NCBI GenBank assembly: GCA_963736545.1
Contig: CAVTPA010000001.1
Span: 1,467,248-1,531,247, forward strand
DNA: 64,000 nt
Origin: an uncultured Chloroflexia bacterium
GTDB lineage: Bacteria; Chloroflexota; Limnocylindria; Limnocylindrales; CSP1-4
Direction of reading: 5' to 3'
Shown: positions 48,887 through 57,011 of the stretch, in pieces
How the letters are laid out: every line of letters starts with the position of its first letter
Numbering within the stretch: the stretch's first letter is position 1
Position numbers and translations under genes: made by a program
The notes under the pieces: model-generated
Database searches by the model: none
Seen by the model: only the letters and a program-made list of their open reading frames with translations
Told to the model about the DNA's origin: nothing

Positions 48887-49424
48887 CGGAGAGCTCCCTC
48901 CGCAGGTGCGCGAGGAGGCGGGCGAGCCGCCAGCGGACGGTCGCGGCCGGTCGGCCGGCAAGAGCGCCGATCTCTGTCGAGTCGAGACCCGCCTCGTAGC
49001 GGAGGGCGAGGAGGGCACGCTCGTCGGGAGAGAGGTGGCGAAGGGCAGCCTCGAGGTCGAGCGCGGCGGCCCGGTCGGCCGGGTCGCGGGCGAAGCCTTC
49101 GGGTGGGTCGACGTCGATCTCGACGACGGCCCTACGGCGCTGCCGGCGGCATGCCTGGCGCGCCTCGTTGGCCGCCACGGAAACGAGCCACGGCTTCAAA
49201 CGATCCGGGTCGCGGAGCGAGCCGAGCTTCCGCCAGGCCACCGACCATGCTGCCTGCACGGCGTCGTCGGCGAGCTCCTGGTCGCCGCTCGCAACGACGT
49301 AGGCCACGCGCGTCATGTCGCCGTGATAGGCGGCCACGATCCGGGCGAAGGCGACCGTATCGCCGGCCGCCGCCAGGCGGATCGTCGAGGTGGCCATCGC
49401 GGCGTCCCGCGCCAGACCTGTCAT
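48879..49424 (-). CDS. ECF-type RNA polymerase sigma-70 family factor; start uncertain (49397, 49424 or 49472)
   Basis: Region 2 (DDAVQAAWSVAWRKLGSLRDPDRLKPWLVSVAANEAR) and region 4 (LSPDERALLALRYEAGLDSTEIGALAGRPAATVRWRLARL). Confidence 0.8.
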   Translation of the reverse strand: MTGLARDAAMATSTIRLAAAGDTVAFARIVAAYHGDMTRVAYVVASGDQELADDAVQAAWSVAWRKLGSLRDPDRLKPWLVSVAANEARQACRRQRRRAVVEIDVDPPEGFARDPADRAAALDLEAALRHLSPDERALLALRYEAGLDSTEIGALAGRPAATVRWRLARLLAHLRRELSDA

Positions 49425-49800
49425 ATCCAGTAGATGCCGGGAGGCCGTCGGGTGTTGGAGGCGGCCCCGCATCCCGCGGGCAGTCTGGGCGCGGCCGGCA
49501 TCCCGACCAGTGCCGGAGGGCCCCGCCCTCGAGCAGGCTGTCAGCGCGTGGTGGGCGGTCGGGGTGGCCGGCCCGTTCTCGATACGGCAGCGTCGGCTTC
49601 ACGCACGGAAGTGCCATCGCACCGGCGGTCTGCGGGGAGAGCCGGGGACTTACGTGCTCGACGCGGCCCTCTTCGTATCGGCGCTCGGCCTCCGGCCATC
49701 GGCGCCGCCACGGCGGACCCTTCACGCTCAGAGCGCCGGGCGGACCTCCTCGGGACGCGGCTCCGGCGCGCCCGGCTTCGGGGCGCTCGTCGCGGCGCGA

Positions 49801-50703
49801 TCAGGCGCGGGTCGCCATCTCCGCCTCACCCGCCCCCGCCGGGGTGTAGTAGCGCCGGTACTCGCCCGGCGACATGGCGAAGGCGCGGTAGAAGACCCGG
49901 TAGAACTGGTGGAGGTTCGTGTAGCTGACCGCGCGGGCGATCTCCGCCACCGACAGGTCGGTCGAGAGGAGGAGGCGCTTCGCCTCGGCCAGGCGGACGT
50001 TCGTCACGTACTCCTTGAAGCCGACCCCGGTGACGTCCTTGAAGACGTGGCGCACCCGCGACGGGCTGACGTGCACCACGTGGGCCACGTCGTCGAGGGT
50101 GATGCTCTCGCGGCAGTGGCGGTCGACGTAGGCGAGCACCGGCCGGATCTGCTCGCGGCGGTCGGCGGCGGCCCGGGCGGCCGCGTCCGCGGAGCCGGCG
50201 CCCCGGTCGCGGATGACCAGCCCGAGGGCCCGGCGGAGCGTCGCGTCGAGCAGGTGCCGCTCGGTCGGGTCGTGCCGCGCCGACGCCTCGTGGAGCTCTG
50301 CCAGGACCGGCGCCAGCTCGGCAGCGAGGCATGTGCCGCCGCAGACCCGCGGCGACGCCACGCGCTCGTCGACGCGGAACGGGGCGAGGTAGCCGAGGTC
50401 GAGCTCGCGGCAGCCGGGGCCGGCGATGAGCTCCGGGCGGAAGAGGACGAGGAGGAGCCGCAGCGGCGCGTCCGGGTCCGCCACCGCCACGTGCGGCTGC
50501 GAGTTGTCGATGAAGAAGACGTCGCCCGGCTCGGCCGGCAGCTCCCGTCGTCCGAACAGGAACGCCCCGCTCCCCTCCAGCACGAGCGCGATCTCGAGGT
50601 GGTCGTGCCAGTGCATCCGGTCGTCGCCGTCGCCGGTGCGGTACTCGAGGACGGCGAGCGGGAAGGCCGGGTCGAGCTCGAACGGCCAGACGTGGACGGC
50701 CAC
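49801..50703 (-). CDS. AraC-family transcriptional regulator with N-terminal cupin domain
   Basis: GTG at 50703 inside ORF 49801..51195. MHWHDHLEIALVLEG, then the double HTH (ITLDDVAHVVHVSPSRVRHVFK ... LSVAEIARAVSYTNLHQFYRVFYRAF). Divergent from the reductase gene. Confidence 0.8.
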   Translation of the reverse strand: MAVHVWPFELDPAFPLAVLEYRTGDGDDRMHWHDHLEIALVLEGSGAFLFGRRELPAEPGDVFFIDNSQPHVAVADPDAPLRLLLVLFRPELIAGPGCRELDLGYLAPFRVDERVASPRVCGGTCLAAELAPVLAELHEASARHDPTERHLLDATLRRALGLVIRDRGAGSADAAARAAADRREQIRPVLAYVDRHCRESITLDDVAHVVHVSPSRVRHVFKDVTGVGFKEYVTNVRLAEAKRLLLSTDLSVAEIARAVSYTNLHQFYRVFYRAFAMSPGEYRRYYTPAGAGEAEMATRA

Positions 50704-50953
50704 GGCGTGTCTCGGGCTCAGCCGGCGGGGACGCGAGGGGAGGCGGTCGGCATGGACGGATCGTCCGGGCCGGACAGCCGCGTCCGACAGGGCCACATGG
50801 ATCGATCTGCGCGCCCCCAGCGGCCCTCGCAGCCGGTTCTGCCAGTCAATCGGCCCGCTCTGGCATTGCCGTCGGGCGCTTGCGGGGCGAGCATCGGGCC
50901 AACGCGAACGCCCCGCGGCATCGAGCGCTGCCGCGCGACCAGGAGGCCCGGCG

Positions 50954-53146
50954 ATGCCCTTCCCGCATCTCTTCAGCCCGCTCCAGCTCGGCACCATGGA
51001 GCTCCCCAACCGGATCGTCCACGTGCCGACCGACATCAGCTCGTCGCACGCGGACGGCGAGGTGAGCGAGCGCGACATCCACCACCACACCGACATCGCC
51101 CGCGGTGGGACCGGCTTCGTCATCGTCGGCGCGACGACCCCCGACATGAAGACCGGGCGCCCCACGGTCACCTGCCTCGTGGCCGACGGCGACAACTACA
51201 TCCCCGGCCTCGCCCGGCTTGCCGAAGGGATGCACCGCTACGGCGCGAAGTGCGCGGTCCAGCTCCAGCACCCCGGCCGGCAGTGCGCGATCCCGCGCTA
51301 CAACACGCTCGGCGCCACCGACCGCGTCCTCAAGCTCCCCTGGTCGGCCGGGCACGAGATCATCTACGAGAACGCCGAGGAGAAGGGCAAGGAGATCCGC
51401 GAGGCCTCGATCGCCGAGATCCTGGAGCTCGTCGACCTCTTCAGCGAGGCCGCCTGGCGGGTGAAGCAGGCCGGCTTCGACGCCGTCGAGCTCCACGCGG
51501 CCCATGGCTACCTGCTCTCCGAGTTCATGAGCCCGTACCTCAACATGCGGACCGATCGCTTCGGCGGGTCGTTCGAGAACCGGATGCGCTTCCCCCTCGC
51601 CGTCATCGACTCGATCAGGAAGAAGTGCGGGAAGGGCTACCCGATCCTCGTCCGCTACTCGTTCGAGGAGTGGTGCGAGGGCGGCCGCGGCATGGAGGAG
51701 GGCCTCGAGACGGCCCGGGTCCTCGAGCGCGCCGGCTGCGCTGCGCTCGACCTCTCGCAGGGCATGCAGGAGAGCCCCGGCGCCGGCTTCGACCCGCCCC
51801 CCTACCCGCAGGGCTGGGCGACGTACGCGGCCGAGGCGACGAAGAAGGTCGTGAAGATCCCGATCATCACGAGCCACTCGCTGCGCGACCCCGAGTACTG
51901 CGAGCAGATCCTCGCCGAGGGCAAGACCGACCTCGTCGGCCTCGCCCGCCAGCTCCTCGCCGACCCGTACTGGCCGGTGAAGGCGAAGATGGGCCGGGTC
52001 AAGTCGATCCGCCGCTGCATCTCCTGCCTCGGCGGCTGCTGGCAGGAGTCGCTGATGGCGAAGAAGGAGATCGCCTGCTCGATCAACGCGGCCTGCGGCA
52101 ACCCGGCCTTCGCGAAGATGAAGCCGACGTCGCGACCGGTGAACGTTGCGATCGTCGGCGGCGGGCCGGCCGGCATGGAGGCGGCGCGCGTCGCCGCCGA
52201 GCGCGGCCACCGCGTCACCCTCTTCGAGAAGCACGACGAGCTTGGCGGGGCGATGCTCTACGTCTGCCTCGTCCCCGGCAAGGAGAAGATGCGCTGGTAC
52301 CTGGACTGGATCCGGGACCAGGTCCTCGAGCTCGGCGTCACGGTCCGGCTCGGCCACGCCCCGACGGTCGACGAGCTGCGCGGCTTCGACATCGTCCTCA
52401 ACGCGACCGGCGCCGTCTCGTACGTGCCCGAGGTCGCCGGCGACGCTTCGCGGGTCGTGCCATTCGAGGAGTCGATGGCCTGCCCGAAGATCGCCTGCGA
52501 GTGTCACCCGGGCGGGCGGCGGATGCGCAAGCTCGGGGCGCGGGTGCTCCTCTGGGGCGACAGCTACGCCGCGACCGACACGGCGGCCTTCCTGGCCGAC
52601 ATCGGCCGGGACCTCACGATCGTCACGGAGAACCGCGAGTTCGCCGCCGACTGCGAGGTCATCCACATGTACGTCCTGCGCAAGCGGTTCGAGCAGGGCG
52701 ATGCCGAGGTACTCAGCTCCCGGCCGTACAAGCACCCCGTGAAGGTGATCACGAGCACGACGGTCGAGTCGATCGACGGGACGACGGTCGTCCTCCGCGA
52801 CCGCGACTTCAACCGCACGACCATCGAGGTCGACGACGTCGTCACCTGCCACACCCGCCCGGAGCCCGGGATCTTCGGCGAGCTGCGCGCGGCCGGCGTC
52901 AACGTGATCACGGTCGGCGACGCGATCAAGCCGCGGAACCTCTACCAGGCCGTGAAGGAGGGCGCCACGTTCGGCCTCATGGTCGACGAGCACCTCCTCT
53001 TCAACCCGAACGGCGCGATCCTCAACGAGCTGCCGATGGACGTCCTCGGCCAGCTCACCCGCGTCGAGGCTCCGTCCTACACCGCCGAGCGGATGCGCGA
53101 GCTCGTCGCCGCGGCCGCCGGCGGCAACGGGTCGGCCACCGAGTAG
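50954..53146 (+). CDS. FMN/FAD/[4Fe-4S] oxidoreductase of the 2,4-dienoyl-CoA reductase / 2-enoate reductase (OYE-fusion) family
   Basis: ATG at 50954, 7 nt after AGGAGG. OYE TIM-barrel (HAAHGYLLSEFMSP), Cys cluster CISCLGGCWQ...C, Rossmann VAIVGGGPAGMEAA. 730 aa, intact. Confidence 0.8.
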   Translation: MPFPHLFSPLQLGTMELPNRIVHVPTDISSSHADGEVSERDIHHHTDIARGGTGFVIVGATTPDMKTGRPTVTCLVADGDNYIPGLARLAEGMHRYGAKCAVQLQHPGRQCAIPRYNTLGATDRVLKLPWSAGHEIIYENAEEKGKEIREASIAEILELVDLFSEAAWRVKQAGFDAVELHAAHGYLLSEFMSPYLNMRTDRFGGSFENRMRFPLAVIDSIRKKCGKGYPILVRYSFEEWCEGGRGMEEGLETARVLERAGCAALDLSQGMQESPGAGFDPPPYPQGWATYAAEATKKVVKIPIITSHSLRDPEYCEQILAEGKTDLVGLARQLLADPYWPVKAKMGRVKSIRRCISCLGGCWQESLMAKKEIACSINAACGNPAFAKMKPTSRPVNVAIVGGGPAGMEAARVAAERGHRVTLFEKHDELGGAMLYVCLVPGKEKMRWYLDWIRDQVLELGVTVRLGHAPTVDELRGFDIVLNATGAVSYVPEVAGDASRVVPFEESMACPKIACECHPGGRRMRKLGARVLLWGDSYAATDTAAFLADIGRDLTIVTENREFAADCEVIHMYVLRKRFEQGDAEVLSSRPYKHPVKVITSTTVESIDGTTVVLRDRDFNRTTIEVDDVVTCHTRPEPGIFGELRAAGVNVITVGDAIKPRNLYQAVKEGATFGLMVDEHLLFNPNGAILNELPMDVLGQLTRVEAPSYTAERMRELVAAAAGGNGSATE

Positions 53147-53260
53147 CGCCTTTCCCCGGCCGCGGCGTTGGTCCCCCCGCCGACGCCGCGGCCGACTCAC
53201 GAGCGACCGGGCGGCCCGGATGGGGTCGCCCGGTCGCATCGCTTCTCACCGTCCGGTCGT

Positions 53261-53384
53261 CGCCCCGGGGCACGTCTCTCGCCCCGGGGCACGTCTCTCG
53301 TCCCGGGGGCACGTCTCTCGCGCCGGCCTCGCCCCGGGGGCACGTCTCTCGTCCCGGGGGCACGTCTCTCGCGCCGGCCTCGCC
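53261..53384. repeat. Tandem array: five copies of (C/T)CCCGGGG(G)CACGTCTCTCG organised as a 51-bp higher-order repeat
   Basis: Core units at 53261, 53281, 53300, 53331 and 53351, with GCGCCGGCCTC spacers after the third and fifth. It abuts the left end of the TIR repeat at 53385. Confidence 0.85.
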
Positions 53385-53545
53385 CGTCGCGTGGGACGCC
53401 ATGTTTCCTGCTTCCAAAGCGGTGAGGCAGCCGGAGCGGCACCCGCTGCGCGTCGCACGCAATGATCCCGGCCTGACGCCGCCCGATCGGGGCCCCGCGA
53501 GCCCCTGGACCACTCCCGGCGCAGGAAGGATTGCGCGCGATGCAC
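53385..53545. repeat. Intergenic TIR repeat (MITE/REP-like), copy 2, immediately downstream of the MFS gene
   Basis: Left end CGTCGCGTGGGACGCCATGTTTCCTGCT, right end GCAGGAAGGATTGCGCGCGATGCAC. It shares an internal block GCGCGTC(G/C)CACGCAA(T/C)GATC with copy 3. Confidence 0.65.
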
Positions 53546-53562
53546 CGGGACCCGGTCCGAGC

Positions 53563-55071
53563 TCATTCGCGCGTCAGCGCCACCTCCGCGGCCCCGGCGT
53601 CCCGGTCCACGGGCGCGGCGTCCCGGTCCGCGGGCGCGGCGTCCCGGTCCGCTGCCCGGCCGCTGCCCCCGCCCCGAACGAGGCTCGTCACGATCCCGAC
53701 GCAGCAGATGAGCGCGGCGACGACGAACGCATCGTGGATCGCGGCCACGAAGGCCTGGCTCGCCACGTCGCCGGCGCCCCCGCCGCCGGCCCCCCCGCCC
53801 GTTCCCGCCGCCTCCGCCAGGTGGACCGGCAGCCGGACGGCCACGACCGCCGCGCTGACCACGATCCCCAGCGCCTGGCCCACGACTCGCGTCTCCGCGG
53901 CCATCCCCGACGCGGTCCCCAGCCGCGGCCGCGGCACCGCGCCCAGCACGGCGCTGCTGTTCGGCGACATGAACAGCCCGTGGCCAACGCCGATGAGGGC
54001 GAGGCGCCAGACGAGGTCGACCGGGGCGAAGTCCGGCGGCAGGGTCGTCAGGCTCAGCAGGCCGACCGCCTGAAAGGCCATCCCGAGGCTCGCCGGCAGA
54101 CGCGGCCCGATCCGGTCGGACAGCGCGCCGCTGAACGGCGCGACGACCGCGGCCCCGATCGGGATCGGCGTGATGAGGAGCCCGGCCTCGAGCGGGCTCA
54201 GGCCCGACCCCTCCTGGAGCAGGAACGGGAGCAGGAAGGTCGCCGTGAAGAGCGCGGCAAAGGCGGCGAAGGCGCTCGCCAGGCCGGCCGAGAACGCCCG
54301 GATGCGGAACAGCCCGAGATCCATCATCGGCACCGCGGTCCGTCGCTCGACCACGAGGAACGCGAGCCCGAGGCCGCCGGCCAGGACCAGCAGCCCCACG
54401 GTCGCCGGGCTCGACCAACCCCACGCGCCGCCCTGGTTCAGCGCGAGCAGCAGGGCGAACAGGCCGCCGGATGCGAGAACCGCTCCGACGACGTCGAACG
54501 ACTCCCGCCGGCCGGGTCGGTCGACCGGCAGGACGCGGGCGGCCCAGGCGATCGCGATCAGGCCGATCGGGAGGTTGACGAAGAAGATCGCCCGCCACGT
54601 CGCCAGCTCGGTCAGCAGGCCGCCGAGCGCCGGCCCCAGGCTGAGCCCGATCGAGACGCTGATCGCGTTGAGGCCAAGCGCCCGGCCGCGCTCGCCGGGG
54701 CCGAAGGTCCGAGCCACGATCGCCGGCCCCATCGCCATGAGCATCGCGGCCCCGATCCCCTGGACGGCCCGGAACCCGACCAGCGCCCTGATCTCCGGCG
54801 CCGCGCCGCACAGGACGCTGGCCCCGGTGAAGACCGCGAAGCCGGCGAGGTAGACGCGCCGGAACGAGACGACCTCGCCGAGGCGGCCGAACGGCAGGAG
54901 GAGGCTGCCGATGACGAGGAGGTAGGCGACGACGACCCACTCGACGACCGCGAGGTCCACGCCGAAGGCGCGCCCGATGCTCGGCAGGGCGATGTTGACG
55001 ATCGAGCCGTCCAGCGTCGCCATGAACGTCCCGAGCGAGACGGCCGAGAGGACGAGCCAGCGTCGATCCAC
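53563..55071 (-). CDS. MFS transporter, DHA2/EmrB-like 14-TM drug:H+ antiporter family
   Basis: GTG at 55071 inside ORF 53563..56421. LGTFMATLDGSIVNIALPSI, GRLGEVVSFRRVYL. The C-terminal tail has a 3 x 21-bp repeat (DRDAAPA) at about 53596-53658. Confidence 0.8.
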   Translation of the reverse strand: MDRRWLVLSAVSLGTFMATLDGSIVNIALPSIGRAFGVDLAVVEWVVVAYLLVIGSLLLPFGRLGEVVSFRRVYLAGFAVFTGASVLCGAAPEIRALVGFRAVQGIGAAMLMAMGPAIVARTFGPGERGRALGLNAISVSIGLSLGPALGGLLTELATWRAIFFVNLPIGLIAIAWAARVLPVDRPGRRESFDVVGAVLASGGLFALLLALNQGGAWGWSSPATVGLLVLAGGLGLAFLVVERRTAVPMMDLGLFRIRAFSAGLASAFAAFAALFTATFLLPFLLQEGSGLSPLEAGLLITPIPIGAAVVAPFSGALSDRIGPRLPASLGMAFQAVGLLSLTTLPPDFAPVDLVWRLALIGVGHGLFMSPNSSAVLGAVPRPRLGTASGMAAETRVVGQALGIVVSAAVVAVRLPVHLAEAAGTGGGAGGGGAGDVASQAFVAAIHDAFVVAALICCVGIVTSLVRGGGSGRAADRDAAPADRDAAPVDRDAGAAEVALTRE

Positions 55072-55172
55072 TGGCGAACCGTACAACCGCGCAGGGGCCC
55101 CGAGGGACGGGTCGGCGTCGCGTGACCCGCCGGGCGGCGGCGCCGGGCGTTCGTGCCGGCACCCGTGGTCGG

Positions 55173-55334
55173 CGTCGCGTGGCACGCCATGTTTCCTGCT
55201 CGGGAGGCCGCACGCCGACCCCACCCGCATCCGATCGCGCGTCCCACGCAACGATCGGTGGCCGACGCCCGCCGAAGGGCCATGGGTGCGGCGCTCGTGA
55301 CCCCGCCAAGCAGAAAGGATGGCGCGCAACGCAC
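55173..55334. repeat. Intergenic TIR repeat (MITE/REP-like), copy 3, immediately upstream of the MFS gene
   Basis: Left end CGTCGCGTGGCACGCCATGTTTCCTGCT, right end GCAGAAAGGATGGCGCGCAACGCAC. Same orientation as copy 2, and 27/28 identity in the left end. Confidence 0.65.
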
Positions 55335-55509
55335 GCCCGCGCCACGGACGGATTCCAGCGCCCCGGTGGCAGCCACGCCCTCCGGGCTCTGCGGCGGCAG
55401 CCACGCAGGCCGGCGGCAGCCACGCAGGCCGGCGCCGGGCACGGACTCGACCCGGCGGCGGCCGCGCTCGACCTATGCTCTCGCCACGCAGCGCCCAGGG
55501 AGCAGCCGC

Positions 55510-55932
55510 ATGCAGTCGTACGTCAGCCTCGGCCAGCGCGAGGCCGCCATCGCCACGGACGCGATCCGCGCCGAGCTCGCGCGAACGGGACGGGCCGCCG
55601 TCGTCGCCGTCGCCGACGCCCACGGCGAGCTGATCAGCCTCGTCCGGCTCGACGGGGCGCCTCCCGCGTCGATCCTCATCGCCGCCAACAAGGCCTGGAC
55701 GGCGGCGCGCGAGCGACGGCCGACCCGCGAGATCGGGCAGGCCGCGCGCGACCCGGAGTCCGGCTTCGACATCGCCTACTACGGCGATCCCCGCTACGTC
55801 GGGTGGGGCGGCGGCGTCCCGGTCGTGGTCGACGGCGCGGTCGTCGGCTCCGTCGCCGTCAGCGGTCTCCCGGAGCACGAGGACATGGCCCTGGCCGAGA
55901 TCGGCGTCACGGCGATCGCGACGGAGCGGTGA
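55510..55932 (+). CDS. GlcG/HbpS-like (DUF336) haem-binding family protein
   Basis: 140 aa. AAVVAVADAHGELISLVRLDGAPPASILIAANKAWTAA ... GGGVPVVVDGAVVGSVAVSGLPEHEDMALA. Confidence 0.75.
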   Translation: MQSYVSLGQREAAIATDAIRAELARTGRAAVVAVADAHGELISLVRLDGAPPASILIAANKAWTAARERRPTREIGQAARDPESGFDIAYYGDPRYVGWGGGVPVVVDGAVVGSVAVSGLPEHEDMALAEIGVTAIATER

Positions 55933-56018
55933 CGCGGCGCGGCTGAGCTCGTGGCGCCGCGACGGAGCGGTGACGCGGCGCGGCTGAGCTCGTGGCGCCG
56001 CGACGGAGCGGTGACGCG
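55917..56018. repeat. 41-bp tandem repeat, 2.5 copies, duplicating the last codons and stop of the GlcG-like gene
   Basis: The unit CGCGACGGAGCGGTGACGCGGCGCGGCTGAGCTCGTGGCGC occurs at 55917 and 55958, with a partial copy at 55999. Confidence 0.85.
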
Positions 56019-56044
56019 CGCCCGGTGGTCCGAGCCGCATCCCG

Positions 56045-56818
56045 CTACCAGCGGTCGTTTCGCGCGATGTCCTCGACTGCGGCCCGGCGCACCACCGGTC
56101 CGAACCGGCCCACCGGCCATCCGACCGGGATGATCGCGTACGTCCGGACGTCCTTCGGGATCCCGAGGATCGCCCGGACCTCGCCCTCGGCGAGGAGGTG
56201 CCACGTCGTGAGCGTGGCGCCCAGGCCGAGGGCCCGCGCCGCGAGCAGGAGATTCTGGAGGGCGGGATACACGCACGCGGCCTCGGAGCGATCACGGAAC
56301 GGTCGGGAGCCACGGAGCAGGGCGACGGCGCGACGGGGGCCGGCTGCGCGCAGGTTCGCGAGGTGGGCGCGGTACTGTCGCCCAGCGGCCCGGAGGTACG
56401 CGCGCTCGTCGTAGCAGGCAACGATGACCACGGGGATCTCGGCGAAGTGATCGGCCTGGTAGTCGATGTTCGCCGCCATCCGGGCCATCACCGGGTCGCT
56501 CGCCACCGGGCGCCCGTCGCTGGCCGACCGGCGGTACGAGTCCACCACGTGGCGCCAGACCCCGGCCAGCGCGGCCATCCGGCGGCGATCGCGCACGACG
56601 ATCAGGCGCAGGCCCTCGATGAGCCGGCCGCTGGGGCCCCAGATCGCTGCCTGGACGAGCTGGTCGATGAGCTCGTCGGGCACCGGGTCCGGCCGGAGGC
56701 GGCGCATCGCCCGGGTCGTGGCCATGATCTCGAAGAGCGGGGCGTCCGGTCCGAACGCCACGTCGCCCGAAGCGGGCCCTCCGGGTTCCCCCGCCTGCTC
56801 GGCTTCGGCTGTCGTCAT
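56045..56818 (-). CDS. Nitroreductase family protein
   Basis: ATG at 56818 after GGGAGGTGGAG. TTRAMRRLRPDPVPDELI...AAIWGPSG...YPALQNLLLAARALGLGATLT...IIPVGWP. Confidence 0.75.
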   Translation of the reverse strand: MTTAEAEQAGEPGGPASGDVAFGPDAPLFEIMATTRAMRRLRPDPVPDELIDQLVQAAIWGPSGRLIEGLRLIVVRDRRRMAALAGVWRHVVDSYRRSASDGRPVASDPVMARMAANIDYQADHFAEIPVVIVACYDERAYLRAAGRQYRAHLANLRAAGPRRAVALLRGSRPFRDRSEAACVYPALQNLLLAARALGLGATLTTWHLLAEGEVRAILGIPKDVRTYAIIPVGWPVGRFGPVVRRAAVEDIARNDRW

Positions 56819-57011
56819 CGCTCCACCTCCCGCCGCCCGCAGCGCTCCACGCCGGCAACGATATGCCGCGTCCACTGGCTGGACAGGGCCGAAGGACACC
56901 GGTGGGCTCGGGGTCCGCGCGTGCTGCGGAGCCGTCGCCGGTATCGTTCCGGTCGCGGCACACGTCTTCCCGCTGACGGCGGTGTCGGCGCCGGCAGCAG
57001 GTGGAGGGTTC

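Noticed and set aside
55072-56421. An N-terminal extension of the MFS ORF (53563..56421) that would give a 952-aa protein.
   Set aside because: The extension reads through the TIR repeat, the antisense of the GlcG-like gene and the 41-bp repeats, and is Arg/Pro-rich. The MFS homology begins at the GTG at 55071 (VDRRWLVLSAVSLGTFMATLDG).
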